From: Ginglymostoma cirratum
Lineage: Eukaryota
Length of the DNA: 42,531 nt
Assembly: GCA_024137785.1 (NCBI GenBank)
Contig: JAHRHZ010000062.1
Location: 25,646,533 to 25,689,063, forward strand
Reading direction: 5' to 3'
Positions 10,100 to 21,317 of the stretch are shown piece after piece; the stretch's first letter is position 1, and each line of letters starts with the position of its first letter. The translations under genes and the position numbers were made by a program. Below the pieces are notes generated by a model. That model was not told the origin of the DNA. It worked only from the letters and a program-made list of their open reading frames with translations, and made no database searches.

Positions 10100-12072
10100 G
10101 AGGGTGACGGCCCAGCAGTATTATCACTGGATTTCTAATCCAGAGACTCAGATAACATTCTGGGAACCCAGGTTCAAATCCCACGGTTAAAATTCTGGAA
10201 TTGAAAGGCTAATGACGACTGTGAAATTGTCAGGAAAACCCATCTTGCTCACTAATATCCTTTAGGGAGGAAACTGCTGCCATTACCTGGTCTGGCCTAC
10301 ATGCGACTCCAGGCCCAAAGTAATGTGGTTGACTCTTAACTGCCCTCTGAAATGGCCTAGCAAGACACTCAGTTGTATTAAGTGCTAGAAAGGTAAAAAG
10401 GAATTAAACCGAATGGAACGCCCGACATTGACAAGAACACTGGAAATGACAACAACAAACTTGTCATTCCTGCAAAGCACCCCTTATGAACACCTGCGAG
10501 CTAGTGTCAAAATTGAGAGAGCTATCCCACAGACTAGTCAAGCAACAGCCTTACGTAGTCATATATAACATCCCAGGCAACACCATCACCATCCCTGAAT
10601 ATGTCCTGTCCCATGCAGCACAATGGTATAAGGTCACGACGGAGCTGCCCTTCGTCTCCTCAACATTGACTTGACTCCCCATGTAACTCATGTCATCAGG
10701 TCACACACATACTCTGTATCCCCTATCCCCACCCGAACTGATGCATCAGGGTATCTCCATTTGAACGGCATTTGAAGGAAGCATTGAGGGTGGCAAAGGC
10801 ACATAATATACTCAGGATGGGGAAATTTCGACATCCATCACTAAGAATGGCTCAGCAGCAGCTCTACTGACTGAGTTGGCCAAGTCCTAAAGGAAATAGT
10901 TGCTGGACTGGGTCTGCAGCATGGTTGGTAAGGGGACCAATAAAAGGGAAAAGCATAGTTGATGTCATCCTCATCAATCTGACTGCCACAGATGATTCTG
11001 TCATGGCTATATCCATAGGAGTGAACGCTGCATTGACTCTGAAGACAAAGTCTTGCCTTCACATTGAGAATATACTCTATAATGTTGTGTGGCACTACCA
11101 CCGTGCTAAATGGGACAGATTTTGAAAGGATCTACCAACTCAAGACTGGGCATCCGTGAGGCATTGTGGGCCATCAACGGCAGCCGAACTGTACTCCAAA
11201 ACAACCTGCAACCTCATGGCCCAGCATATCTCCACCCCCCAACCCCCGCTCTACCATCAGCATCAAGCCAGGGGATCAACTCTGCTTCAATGGAGAGCGC
11301 AGGAGGATAAGCCCAGAGCAGCACCTGGCATATCTTAAAATGAGGAATTAACCAGGTGAAGCTACAGAACAGGAATAGCTTCATGCTAAACAGCATAAGC
11401 AGCAAGTGATAGACAGAGCTAAGTGATCCCACAAACAATGGATCAGATCTAAGCTCTGCAGTCCTGCCACATCCACTCACTGGAAGAGGAATGACCAGAA
11501 AATGTCCCCGTCCTCAATAGTGGGTGGCCCAACAGTCCTTGCAAAAACAAAAGTGAAGCATTGGCTGCCATTTTCAGCCAGAGCTGCCAAGTGGACAATT
11601 CATCTCTGCCTCCTTCGGAATCTTGACATGATCCATGTCAAGCAGCCTTGGCAATACATCGACAAACATTCAGTCTCTCTACTACAGGCACTCAGTAGCA
11701 GTAGTGTGCACCACCTACAAATTACATTTCAGAAATTCACCAATCATCCTTGGACAGTGCCTTTGATATCCACAATCACTACCATTTCAAAGAACAAGGA
11801 CAGCAGATACAATGGGAAAACCACCACCTGCAAGTCCCCCTCCAAGCTACTCACCATTCAGCTTTGGGCATCTCTCACAAGTCCTTTACTGTTGCCAGGC
11901 CAAAATCCTAGAACTTTCTTCCCTAACAGCATTGTGGGTGTACCAGCACTTAACGGACTGCAGTGGTTCAAGAGGTAGCCCACTGCAGCCCTTTCAAAAG
12001 TAACTAGAAAAAAGGCAATAAATGCTGGCTCAGGCAGCAACATCCACAAAACCTGAGTAAATTAGAAAAAAA
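10100..12072 (+). mobile_element. Internally deleted LINE with a tRNA-SINE-like 5' head
   Basis: Head with B-box ggttcaaatccc, then an APE-endonuclease remnant (KLRELSHRLVKQQPYVVI; VVWHYHRAKWDRF), then a 3' tail ggcaataaatgctggc and an A-rich end. Confidence 0.65.
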
Positions 12073-12202
12073 ACTTTGGCGTGAATCAACGCAATGTGCA
12101 ATGTGTGTTTGAATAGAAAAACTACAAACAAAACTATTTGTGACTGGATCGCCGATTGCAGCTAAAATGTAAACTCCAAGTTCCATATATAACACCAAAA
12201 TA

Positions 12203-12420
12203 GGAGCACAAACAGCTCAGTTGGCTTGAAAGCCGGTTTGTGATGCAATGTGACGCCAACAGTGTGGTTCAACTCCTGCATCGTCTTAAGTTACCATGAA
12301 GGCTCCTCTTTCTCAACCACTCCCCTCTTCTGAGGTGTGGTGACCCTCAGATTATACCACCAACAGTCAATCTCCCCCTAATGAGAGCACGGTCATCCGA
12401 GACTATGGGGACTTAACTTA
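12203..12420 (+). mobile_element. tRNA-derived SINE (separate family)
   Basis: A-box cagctcagttgg, B-box ggttcaactcc, about 220 bp ending gacttaactta. Confidence 0.5.
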
Positions 12421-12515
12421 AGGAACACAACCACCTCAAGGACTTTTATAGGTAATACATGCAAGAAGTAGCTAAAAAATGACAGGAATAATATATTCAC
12501 AAGTGGATATGGTAC

Positions 12516-12626
12516 CTTTTATAGTTCTCCAAAAGAACCATGCAATAAATAATACAGTTCCACAAACAACGAATGCACCAATTATGCTTCCAACAACTGC
12601 TCCAACTGAAGAATCTTTCTCAGGCT
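12516..12626 (-). CDS. NCR3LG1: Exon 4, transmembrane exon: EPEKDSSVGAVVGSIIGAFVVCGTVLFIAWFFWRTIK
   Basis: Not in the ORF track; read by hand. Acceptor gtttcaaatttcag|AG, donor AAAG|gtacca, 111 nt, phase 1-1. About 26 uncharged hydrophobic residues followed by an aromatic belt and an R/K stop-transfer. Confidence 0.88.
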
Positions 12627-12862
12627 CTGAAATTTGAAACACAAGAAGCAATTAATCTAAAATTACCACAAAAAATAAACTACCCCATGTGAACTGTCAC
12701 TGCTTTGCTGTGTGGTATTAAACAATAATTTAAGACAATTAAACACAATAAAGTTTTTAAAGAATTTGGAATAACAGTCCTGCACAGTTAACGTCCTCCC
12801 TTAAAAACAAAATCACGCTGGCTTCTGGCAGGAAGTTAAAAAGAGTTAAAAATGGCTCAAGT

Positions 12863-12980
12863 GGAGCTCTGGTGGTGCAGTGGTAGAGTCTACACCTGAG
12901 CCAGGAGACCCATGTTTATCTCCCAACTACTCTAGATGTGTGTCACAACTGATCTAAACAGGTTGATCAGAGAAAAAAAA
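12863..12980 (+). mobile_element. Short tRNA-derived SINE; second copy at about 16060-16175
   Basis: tggtgcagtggtag head and tctaaacaggttga tail shared with the 16060-16175 copy (tctgaacaggttga). Confidence 0.5.
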
Positions 12981-14174
12981 AGGCCCAAGCCTCATGCAGA
13001 GGAATCCACCGACCTCCCGGTATGTACTCACCAGCTATTTTTGTATCATTTGAAGTAAAAAAAAATTTCTAGGGTAGGGGGGGATAATCACAGAATGTCA
13101 CACTCATTATCACGGAAATGAAGTTACATCAACATTGTTATAATTTACGAAAATGATGACTGAAACTATTGTTTCAGAGCTGCACCCCGGTAAAGAATAC
13201 TGCTGGACAGTTTTGAAATTAAGGGAACTAGATTGAAACCATTAATGTTCATTTGGTATCACCAATACCAAATTTGGCACTAAGTGTTGCAAATAGACCT
13301 ATCTGGAGAACTAAAACAGTTCAACAATCCTGGGACCTTTTTTAAAATAAATAAGTGTGAATTTACACAGTACTTGTTATAGTCAGTGATTTATTTTATT
13401 TTGTACACTATTTTGGCTAGGAATGTACTGTGTCCCATGCGTATGGCACAATATTTCAATATGTTGGTTTTTCTAGGCAAATAAATGTTTTGGGAGTCTA
13501 AAGACGTCCAAAGGAACCCAACTCTCTCTTTAACACTGAATGCTATGGGAATCCATGGTTAACTTCAAGTTGTTACATCTAAAGTAGTGATTGTCAGGAA
13601 TGGAACTACAACATTAACCATAGACCTACCTGATATAATTAATCAGGTTTGTGTACCGATGATTGCCTCTTTTCCCCTCTAACTATTTTTCCAATCTTTA
13701 ATAAGTGTTTACCTCTATAACTCAGTTGGAGAATATCGACAGAAAAAAAATTAACCTTTTCTCGCCTTTTCCTAATATTTTCGATTTGGTTTGAACACTA
13801 TCAACCATATGAACATAAGCAGTCTCCACTGTACAGTCAACTTCAACATAACCCTACTTAATTATTTTTGCTAGCATTTTCATAAAAATCATTAAAACTG
13901 TTTCTAAAAGCAATTCATATGTAACTAACAGCTTTTGAACACGGGTATAGTTGGATCACATTTTGAGATTTAGAAATGTCATATCTAGTTAATCTTAATA
14001 GTCATTATTGAATGCAATAATAATTTAGTTGTGTAATAGGAAAAGAATGAACTCTTGATTTAAGTCAGACACATATTTCAGTTGAAATTCAACATTAGAC
14101 AAAGGGTATAAATTCCTTAAATGTGTATGTTTTAACAAAAACAGAGTAAAAAATATTTTTCAAAGAGAACATAC

Positions 14175-14495
14175 CTTTAACTGTGAGTCGAGTTGTCCTG
14201 ATAATATCTTTGGGACACGAACGGTGTTTCACGATACACCTGTACACATTACCATTATCTTTCAATGTTGGCTCAATCCATACTCTACTAGAAACACTGA
14301 AAGTTCTATTATCCATGGAAATTAGGGCACCAGTGCAGAAGTGATCTTTTAGTTCCTCAATTCCCTTAGTTGTTTCCTTTTCCCAGATGACATCAAGTTG
14401 GTTAGGGTAAAATCCTTTAACATTACAACTCACAGATCTCTCTGTTCCATTCTGAACAGTAATGTGATCTGTGGACAAATGGACCTCTGGTTCAG
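14175..14495 (-). CDS. NCR3LG1: Exon 3, extracellular IgC1 domain
   Basis: Acceptor tttgtctttaatgtag|CT, donor AAAG|gtatgt, 321 nt. AEPEVHL...VSCNVKGFYP...VIWEKET...TFSVSS...DNGNVYRCIVKH: C1-set with both Cys, Trp and GFYP. Sequons NGT and NRT. Confidence 0.93.
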
Positions 14496-14758
14496 CTACA
14501 TTAAAGACAAATGTAAGAATAGGTCAGAGAGGGAAAAAGTTTATTACCATAAAAATCCAGGTCCAAATTATTCTCAACAAATATGTGCTAAAAACAAAAA
14601 ACTTTCCGTGCTTCCATAATGTATTTAATAATCTACTACATTTCTTCAAGGAGGTGCACAACTACATCTAAAGTAAATTAACTAAGTTCTCCAAAGCCTC
14701 AAACTCCAAAATCCTCCATCAATTACAAGGAAATGAAGAAACGGGAGAAGAGACGAGT

Positions 14759-14913
14759 AAAAGCCAGAGGAGCTGAAAAAGATGATGAGGTACCCTCCTC
14801 ATCTTTCTTTTCAGCTCCTCCGGCTTTTTTTCACATTATTCTTATCTTTGGAGTTTTTATAAGGATATTGCTACCCTCCTTATGAAAACTCCAAAGATAA
14901 GAATAATGTGAAA
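14759..14913. repeat. Two abutting inverted repeats (32-bp and 37-bp arms)
   Basis: 14759-14790 pairs with 14797-14828 (4 mismatches). 14829-14865 pairs with 14877-14913 (1 mismatch). Confidence 0.9.
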
Positions 14914-15357
14914 CAAAGACTATATGTATCCATCACCCTTCACGAAATCAGGTCATCGCAAAGCGTTTTACAACCAATGAAGTATTTTAATGTGGAACAT
15001 AGAAATGTAGAAATCATTACAGCTAACTTAGACATAGCCTGATCCCATAAACAACATGGTAATGATTGGATAATCTGGTTTTGTGATGTTGATGCAACGA
15101 TAAATACTGTCTAGGAGACCAGAAGTAAATCCCTTCTCAGAAATAGAGCCTTGGAATCTTTTACAATTAACAGACAGGACAGATAAGATCTTCATTTAAT
15201 GTTTCATCCAAGAAACCGCACCTTTGACAGCGCAGTACTCTGCACGCTGGAGAGGGCGTTGTTTAGCTTTTTTGTCTCTAGTTCTGGAATGGAACTTAAA
15301 ACCACAAGCTTCTGATTCAGAGGCATGAGTGCTTCCAAATGAGCCTGAGCTAACACA
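14914..15357 (-). mobile_element. Deu-domain SINE (SacSINE1/AmnSINE1-like)
   Basis: Antisense of tactgcgctgtcaaaggtgcggtttcttggatgaaacattaaa (Deu-domain-like) and an L2-type tail tacttcattggttgtaaaacgctttg. tRNA-like head at the right end. Family assigned from memory. Confidence 0.65.
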
Positions 15358-15589
15358 GAATTGTTTATGGAGCAAATACCAAAATTAAGGGTTTAGGTTA
15401 CTCAGGAATTGTGAGATGGAGGAGCATAGGATATTAGGACATGCTGGTCAGAAGAATGAAAATTCTGGGTAAGGCTTGAAGGCCTGGAAAAATTTAGAGA
15501 TACGAAATAATCAGGCTAGAAATAAACAGTGAACTTATTTTAATGAACCATAGTTTATTACTATTTGGATCATAAATATTTCTTTAAAT

Positions 15590-16872
15590 GTAGGAATGTA
15601 AGAAACAGGACTAGGAGAAAACTGTACAGTCTGTTGAGCCATCTCCTCCATATAATACAATCATGGCTGATCTTGAGACCAAAAATCTATCAACCATAAA
15701 TAAATTCAATAATGACAACATGCCAACTGAGACAGAGAATTCCAAAAAGTCACATCCCTTTGAGAAAACTAAATTTCTCTTCATTTCGATCCTAAATGAT
15801 CAACTTCTCACTTGTGAGACTTTAACCCCAAGACTTTGACTCCCGAGACAGAGAGAAAAACAAACTCTCAGTATCTACCCTGTCAATGTTTATTATCATG
15901 AATTTTCATTAAGATCATCTCTTTGAGATCTTCTAAACTCCTGACAACAGAGTCTCAATTAATTCATCTTCTCATCGATGTACAATCCTCTCACCCTAGG
16001 GATCAACCTAATGAACCTTTAGTGTGCTGCCTCCAATGCAAGTGCAGCCTTCCTTAAAAGGGTCTTGTGGTGCCGTGGTGCTCTGGTAGTGTCCCTATCT
16101 CTGGGCCAGAAGGCATGAGTTCAAACACCCAGATGTATGTCATAACATATCTGAACAGGTTGACTTAAAAATATCCACTCTTAAGCATGGAGACGAAACC
16201 TACACACAGAATTCCAGACGTAGCCATACCAATGCCTCATACAATTGTGGCAAGATTTCTTCATTAGAATAGTGGAACATAACAAGAGTAGTGAGCCATA
16301 CAGCTTGTTAAGCCAGCTCAACTACTGCATTCTGGTCATAGGTGATCATCTACCTCAATGCCACTTCCATGTTCCATCTTCATGTTCATTTCAATTATTT
16401 ATCTCTGGAGATCTATTGATTGCTGTCTTGAACACACTCAATGATTGAGCTTTCCAGACCCCAGTAGGGGAGAACTTCAAAGATTCACTTCTGTCTGGTT
16501 GAAGAAATTCATCCTCACCTCAATCGTAAATGGCCAACCCCATATCCTGAGATTATTTCCCCTGGTTTTAGACTCATCAGTCAGGGGAAACATAGTCAAA
16601 GAGGTAAACAGCATAGAAAAAGGAACCATGGCCCATCAAGTCTGTGACAGTCAAAAACAACCACCTAACTATTCTAATCTCATTGTCCAGCACTTGGCCC
16701 CTAGCATTATACACCTTGAATCACAAGCATATTTCTAAATACTTCTTAAAGGTATGACATTTGTGCAGCTATGAATCTTCTAGGCATTGAGCTCAATACT
16801 TCCACCATCCTCTGGTGAAATTTTTTCCTGAATCTGAATCTATGTTCCTGGTCATTAATTCCTTAACCAAGG
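15590..16872 (-). mobile_element. Cluster of nested CR1 3'-end fragments
   Basis: Repeated antisense CR1 tail motifs (atcatggctgatc, gaagaaattcatcctcacctc, tatctaccctgtca). Confidence 0.65.
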
Positions 16873-18106
16873 TGTGATATTATAAACTTCAGAATGTTGA
16901 TAACTATTCATGGATTGAAGGAATCAACAAAAACATAAACTGTTACACACGGAAAGCAGCAGCAATAACTCTGTCTGGAAAAAAAACTGTCAAATCTGGA
17001 CAAGTGGAATTGGGGAATTAACGCACACATAGCTGTGCGGGTTCATATTATTTCTCATCTTGTTACAGTCTTGTGAAGACATGATAATCTTAAGCTGCGA
17101 TGGATGATGCATAAAGCAGTTCTATTACTCTATTTTTGTTTTGTGTGTGTTTATTTCTTTGTGCTTATTTCTCTTGCGATTCATTTACTGATCATTATTT
17201 TGTAATTCATTTCTTGATTATTGGCTTACTTGTATCTGCACTGCATAATGAAATGGTATATTTTTAAATTCAGCAGGGTGTAACAACTCAGCTTGGATAC
17301 GGACCAATTTGGTGGGATGTGGCCAATTTCTAGTGTTCGTTCATCATATTAAAGGATAACGAAAAGGGGAGGCTCTGTGATACTATAAACCACAGAACAC
17401 TAATAAGCGCACATTGATTGAATGAATCAACAAAACATAAACTGTTAAACACAGAAAGCCGCAGCAATAACTGTCTCTCGAATAAATATAAAGGGGCAAG
17501 GACAAACTTGTACTGGAATTGAAAACAATTAGCCACGTCTGGGGAAAGGAGGAGTCGAAGCTACATGAACAAAACCGCTTTGACCTCTGCTGGATGAACA
17601 GCTGCTTTATGCCACAAAGACAACTGACTGCCCCGCAGAAGAATTTAAGGAGTTAACTGCAGGAAAGCTATGTCTTCAAACAGACAGTTAAGACCAAATG
17701 TAACAAAGAACAACAAAGTTACTTCTGATAAGAAGGCAAGCTGCAGACTTGCAGTAACTTTGATAAAAGGACTTAGAAAGAAATTACTCATAATATCACG
17801 CATAGACCTGAAGAATGGAACTCTGTTTAAGAATCGAACACCAGAACTCTTCCTTTAGCAGAGCATAACACGAGGATCAAACTCTGGACACTTTCAGAGA
17901 TAGACACATGGAATTGTGGCCAAGTTCCACCATTAATTGGGTAATAGCCAAGTTGGGTTGTGAGGTTTAACTTGCTTACTTGAGGGGTCTTATTTTGGTT
18001 CCTATATGCAATAAAGTTTAAATCATTGTTTCAGTCCTTGCTTGTCTATGAGATTTCTTTATAAGTAGCCAAGTTAAAAGTAACTTGTGGTGATTTACCC
18101 ATAACA
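16873..18106 (+). mobile_element. Internally deleted LTR retroelement (5' LTR fragment, short internal remnant, PPT, 3' LTR 17376-18106)
   Basis: TG...CA ends. 4-bp TSD AAGG at 16869-16872 and 18107-18110. Both LTR starts read TGTGATA(T/C)TATAAAC and share about 110 bp. PPT gaaaaggggagg at 17361-17372. AATAAA near 18010. Confidence 0.75.
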
Positions 18107-18945
18107 AAGGAGAAAAGTTTCTTCCCATCTACCCTGTATATACCCACCATGATTTTACACATCTCAATCCTATTCCCCCCTCAGTCTCCTCTGCTCCAAG
18201 GAAAACAACCCCAGTCTATCAATAAAACTCACCAGCCTAGGCAACATCCTGATAAATCTCCTCTGCACCCTCTCCAATGCAATCTCATCCTTCCTATAAT
18301 GTGGATTCCAGAACTGCATACAATACTCTAGCTACATTTCAAACATATTCACTCGGTCACACGCTATAATGAAATTTATAAGTTTCAGTGAGGTCTCTCC
18401 TCATTCTTATGAACTCGAAGAAATACAGACCTAATTTCCTTAATCTCTCCTCATAAAGCCATCCCGTCATCCCAGCAAATAACTTTGTAGGCCTCTGTTG
18501 CACTCAAGTTTATGGAAAGTATAATCTTCCTTACATAAGAGATCTAAAACTACACACAATACTCCAAGATAACGAGGTGTAGAGCTGGATGAGCACAGCA
18601 GGCCAAGCAGCATCAGAGGAGCAGAAAAACTGACGTTTCGGGCCTAGACCCTTCTTCAAGTAAGGTTTCACCAAATCTTCATACAACTGCAGGAAGACAT
18701 ATTTACTGCTGCATTCAATTCCCTTTGCAATAAAAGCCAACCAGCCACTTGCCTTTCTAATTGTTTGCATGCTACAACGTATCTGTAATTACACTTAAGA
18801 GCTAGGATGCAGAAACCTGAACTTCCCAATCTCTCACCAGTTAAGAAATATTCTGCCTTTATGTTTTTTTCTACCTAAGTGAATAACTTCACACATTCAC
18901 ACTATATTACATATGCCATTTCCTAGTTCATTAACCAGTCTTAAT
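18107..18945 (-). mobile_element. CR1 LINE fragments (host of the LTR element and of a PLE piece)
   Basis: ORF 18531-18770 (IRKASGWLAFIAKGIECSSKYVFLQLYEDLVKPYL) is the CR1 ORF2 C-terminal region. Confidence 0.75.
18568..18658 (-). mobile_element. PLE terminal fragment, family B, with hammerhead-like motif
   Basis: Minus strand reads tgaagaagggtctaggcccgaaacgtcag. It interrupts the CR1 LEYCV motif, with caag on both sides. Confidence 0.65.
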
Positions 18946-19168
18946 GGTGAAAGTGCCAACCTTAAGACTGTTCAAGTCCCTATCACTGCTGGGAGCTGGA
19001 GTGCAACATCATCCCAAGAGCCTAGAATGCACTGAAGCTCGGGCTTCATGGTTGAAGAGGTAATCTGTAGCCCAAAGAACCACAAACATTAACTTGAGCA
19101 TGTTTGTTTTACACTTCTAAATTGGCATTTCCCTGACACAACAATAAATAGCAATTTAAGTATCTTAC

Positions 19169-19501
19169 CTGACACCTGTAGTTCTGAACTCTTTTCAGCT
19201 TTGAGAGGTGTGACAAATACAATACAAGTGTAGTTCCCTTCGTCTTCAATCTGTATATTTGGAAGAAAAAGTGAAGCATCTCCTTTCCGTAATCCAGCTT
19301 CAAAGATCTTTGCTCCTTGTCTTTTTGAAGTATGTTTGCTTCCATCAAAGGTATAGATCTCCTTTCTGGAGGGCCCAAACCACTGCACCCCAACATTTGT
19401 TAGGCTGAAGGCAGTAGAACCAGTAAATTTGCATTCCAGGGAAACATTTTCTGTCACAAAGACATTTGTTGGGTTTGAAAATATGGTCACATCCAAGGTT
19501 T
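19169..19501 (-). CDS. NCR3LG1: Exon 2, IgV domain of B7-H6/NCR3LG1-like protein
   Basis: Acceptor ttctctttatctag|AA, donor TCAG|gtaaga, 333 nt, phase 1-1. V-set hallmarks: VSLEC, VQW, DASLFLPNIQIEDEGNYTC. The GDASL.LP.IQ.E..G.Y.C.V.VTPLKA segment matches my recollection of the human B7-H6 V domain (compared from memory, no alignment run). Confidence 0.93.
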
Positions 19502-19689
19502 CTAGATAAAGAGAATAATTAACAACATTCAAATGTCAGAACCAGAAATAAAAGAAATTGAAGAAACTCAAAATATAGGATTTAAAGTGGAACACTTGCA
19601 CTTCAGACACTCAGTTCCTAAGCACAGTCGTGGAATGGTTAAAAGCAAGTCAGACTCTTGATTCCCTAATAAGATTTCTAAAATAAAAA

Positions 19690-20250
19690 TACTTTAATAG
19701 GATAAGGTGAGTTGTCTTCTTGAACCACTCCATTCCATGTGGTGCAGAACATCCACAATGCTTTTAGGGTGGATGCTCCAGGAATTCGATATTGCAGTAG
19801 ACAAAGAACAGCACTCTCGTTCTTTGACAGGGGATGACACGCAACTTGGAGGGAAATTTGAAGATGGTGGCATTCCAATGCGTATGCTCCCTTCTTTCTT
19901 CCAGCTGGATTCAGATGGTGCTTTCAAAAGGAATCTCAGCAGGTTGGAGCAGTGCAAGTTGTGGATGGTACACAGGCTGCTACTGCACATCAGTGGAGGA
20001 GGGACTGAATCTTTAAGGTGGTGGGTGTGCTGCTGTTCAATTAGACTGCCTTGTCATGGATGGCTCTGAGCTCCTTTAAGTATTGGGAGTTGCATTTGTC
20101 CAGATGAATGGCAAGTATTCCAACATATTTCTGATGGTGATTTGTAGATAGTGGACAGGCTTTGCACTCAGTATGATCCTAACCAATGGAAAGCATTCTT
20201 CAACTACCACTGACTTCACTTTTTGCCAGGTTCAGTTAAATGATGCCTTA
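19690..20250 (-). mobile_element. 3' fragment of the LINE family at 10100-12072
   Basis: ttcttgaaccactcccattcc is the reverse complement of ggactgcagtggttcaaga in the 11950 region. Confidence 0.55.
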
Positions 20251-20739
20251 TAGAGCCATAGAATCATATAACATGGAAACAGGAACTTTGGCCCAACTCA
20301 TCCATGCTAACTAGAATTCCGAAACTGAACCAGTCCCATTTTCCTACATTTGGCCCGAAACCTTTCCTATCTATGTATCTACTTAAAAGTCTTTTAAATG
20401 TTGTAATTGTAGCAATTACTCCTGTAGTAGCTCCTGTAGCAATGAGGATCACAACTATGTGGCCACTTTCTCCAGAGTGCAAACCCAGAAATCTTCTCAA
20501 CTGCATCTACTGCTTCGAGGATGAAAATCTGAACTTGTGCGTTGGTTAGAGAGGAGATAGAGTCTTGTAATAATCTTCCTTCAAACTATTGTATGACTCT
20601 AATCGAGTATGAAGTAAAAGATTGACTGCTTTCCTAATTCACCCTCTGGCTTTGGAATGAATTAACAACCCCCTTACCACCACCAGCACTGCTTTGTCTC
20701 CCCTTAAACATGAGGTGAGGCCGACTGCTCTTAACCATC

Positions 20740-21085
20740 AAAGCAGGAGGTTATTAAACTGGAAAGGATACAAAAATGATTGACAAGGATGTCACCCAGA
20801 TTGGAAGGTTTGAGTTTCAAGGAGAGACTCAATAGGCTGGGGCTTGTTTCTTTGGAATATAGGAAGTTGAGGGGTGACCTCATGGATGTTTATAAAATCA
20901 TGACAGGCATAGGCAAGATGAATAGCCAAGGTCTCTTCCCCAGGGTAGGGGAGTCCTAAACTAGACGGCATAGATTTAAGGTATGTGGGGAAAATGTTTA
21001 AAAGGAACCTCAGGGGTACCTTTTTCCACAAAGAGGCGAATATGGGATAAGCTGCCAGATGAAGTGGCAGAGGTGGGTACAATTC
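20740..21085 (+). mobile_element. CR1 3' fragment
   Basis: ttgaggggtgacctcatggatgtttataaaatcatg (LRGDL..VYKIM motif). Confidence 0.75.
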
Positions 21086-21089
21086 ATTC

Positions 21090-21317
21090 ACAGATAGTAA
21101 GAACTGCTGATACTGAAGTCAGTGATAACACAGTGTGGAGCTGGAGGAACACAGCAGGCCAGGCAGCATCAGAGGAGCAGGAAAGTTGATGTTTCGGGTC
21201 AGGAGGGACACTTCTTCAAAAATGGGGCTGAAGGGTCCCGACCCAAAATGTCAACTTTCCTGCTCCTCTGATGCTGTTTGGCCTGCTCTGCTTCTCTAGC
21301 TCCACACTCTGTTATCT
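21090..21317. mobile_element. Palindromic PLE-derived element, family B
   Basis: gataacacagtgtggagctggaggaacacagcaggcc pairs with ggcctgctctgcttctctagctccacactctgttatc. Confidence 0.7.

Noticed and set aside
635-19501. Immunoglobulin heavy chain (IgW/IgNAR/IgM) or TCR locus, suggested by V plus multiple C1 exons
   Set aside because: The V exon includes its own G strand and ends in a splice donor. I saw no RSS heptamer/nonamer, no D/J segments and no WGxG/FGxG motif. The sequence resembles B7-H6.
14175-19501. Tapasin/TAPBPR or SIRP identity
   Set aside because: There is no tapasin N-terminal domain exon between leader and V, and only one C1 precedes the TM. The VTPLKA and WEKxTxK motifs fit B7-H6 better. 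A phylogeny is still needed.
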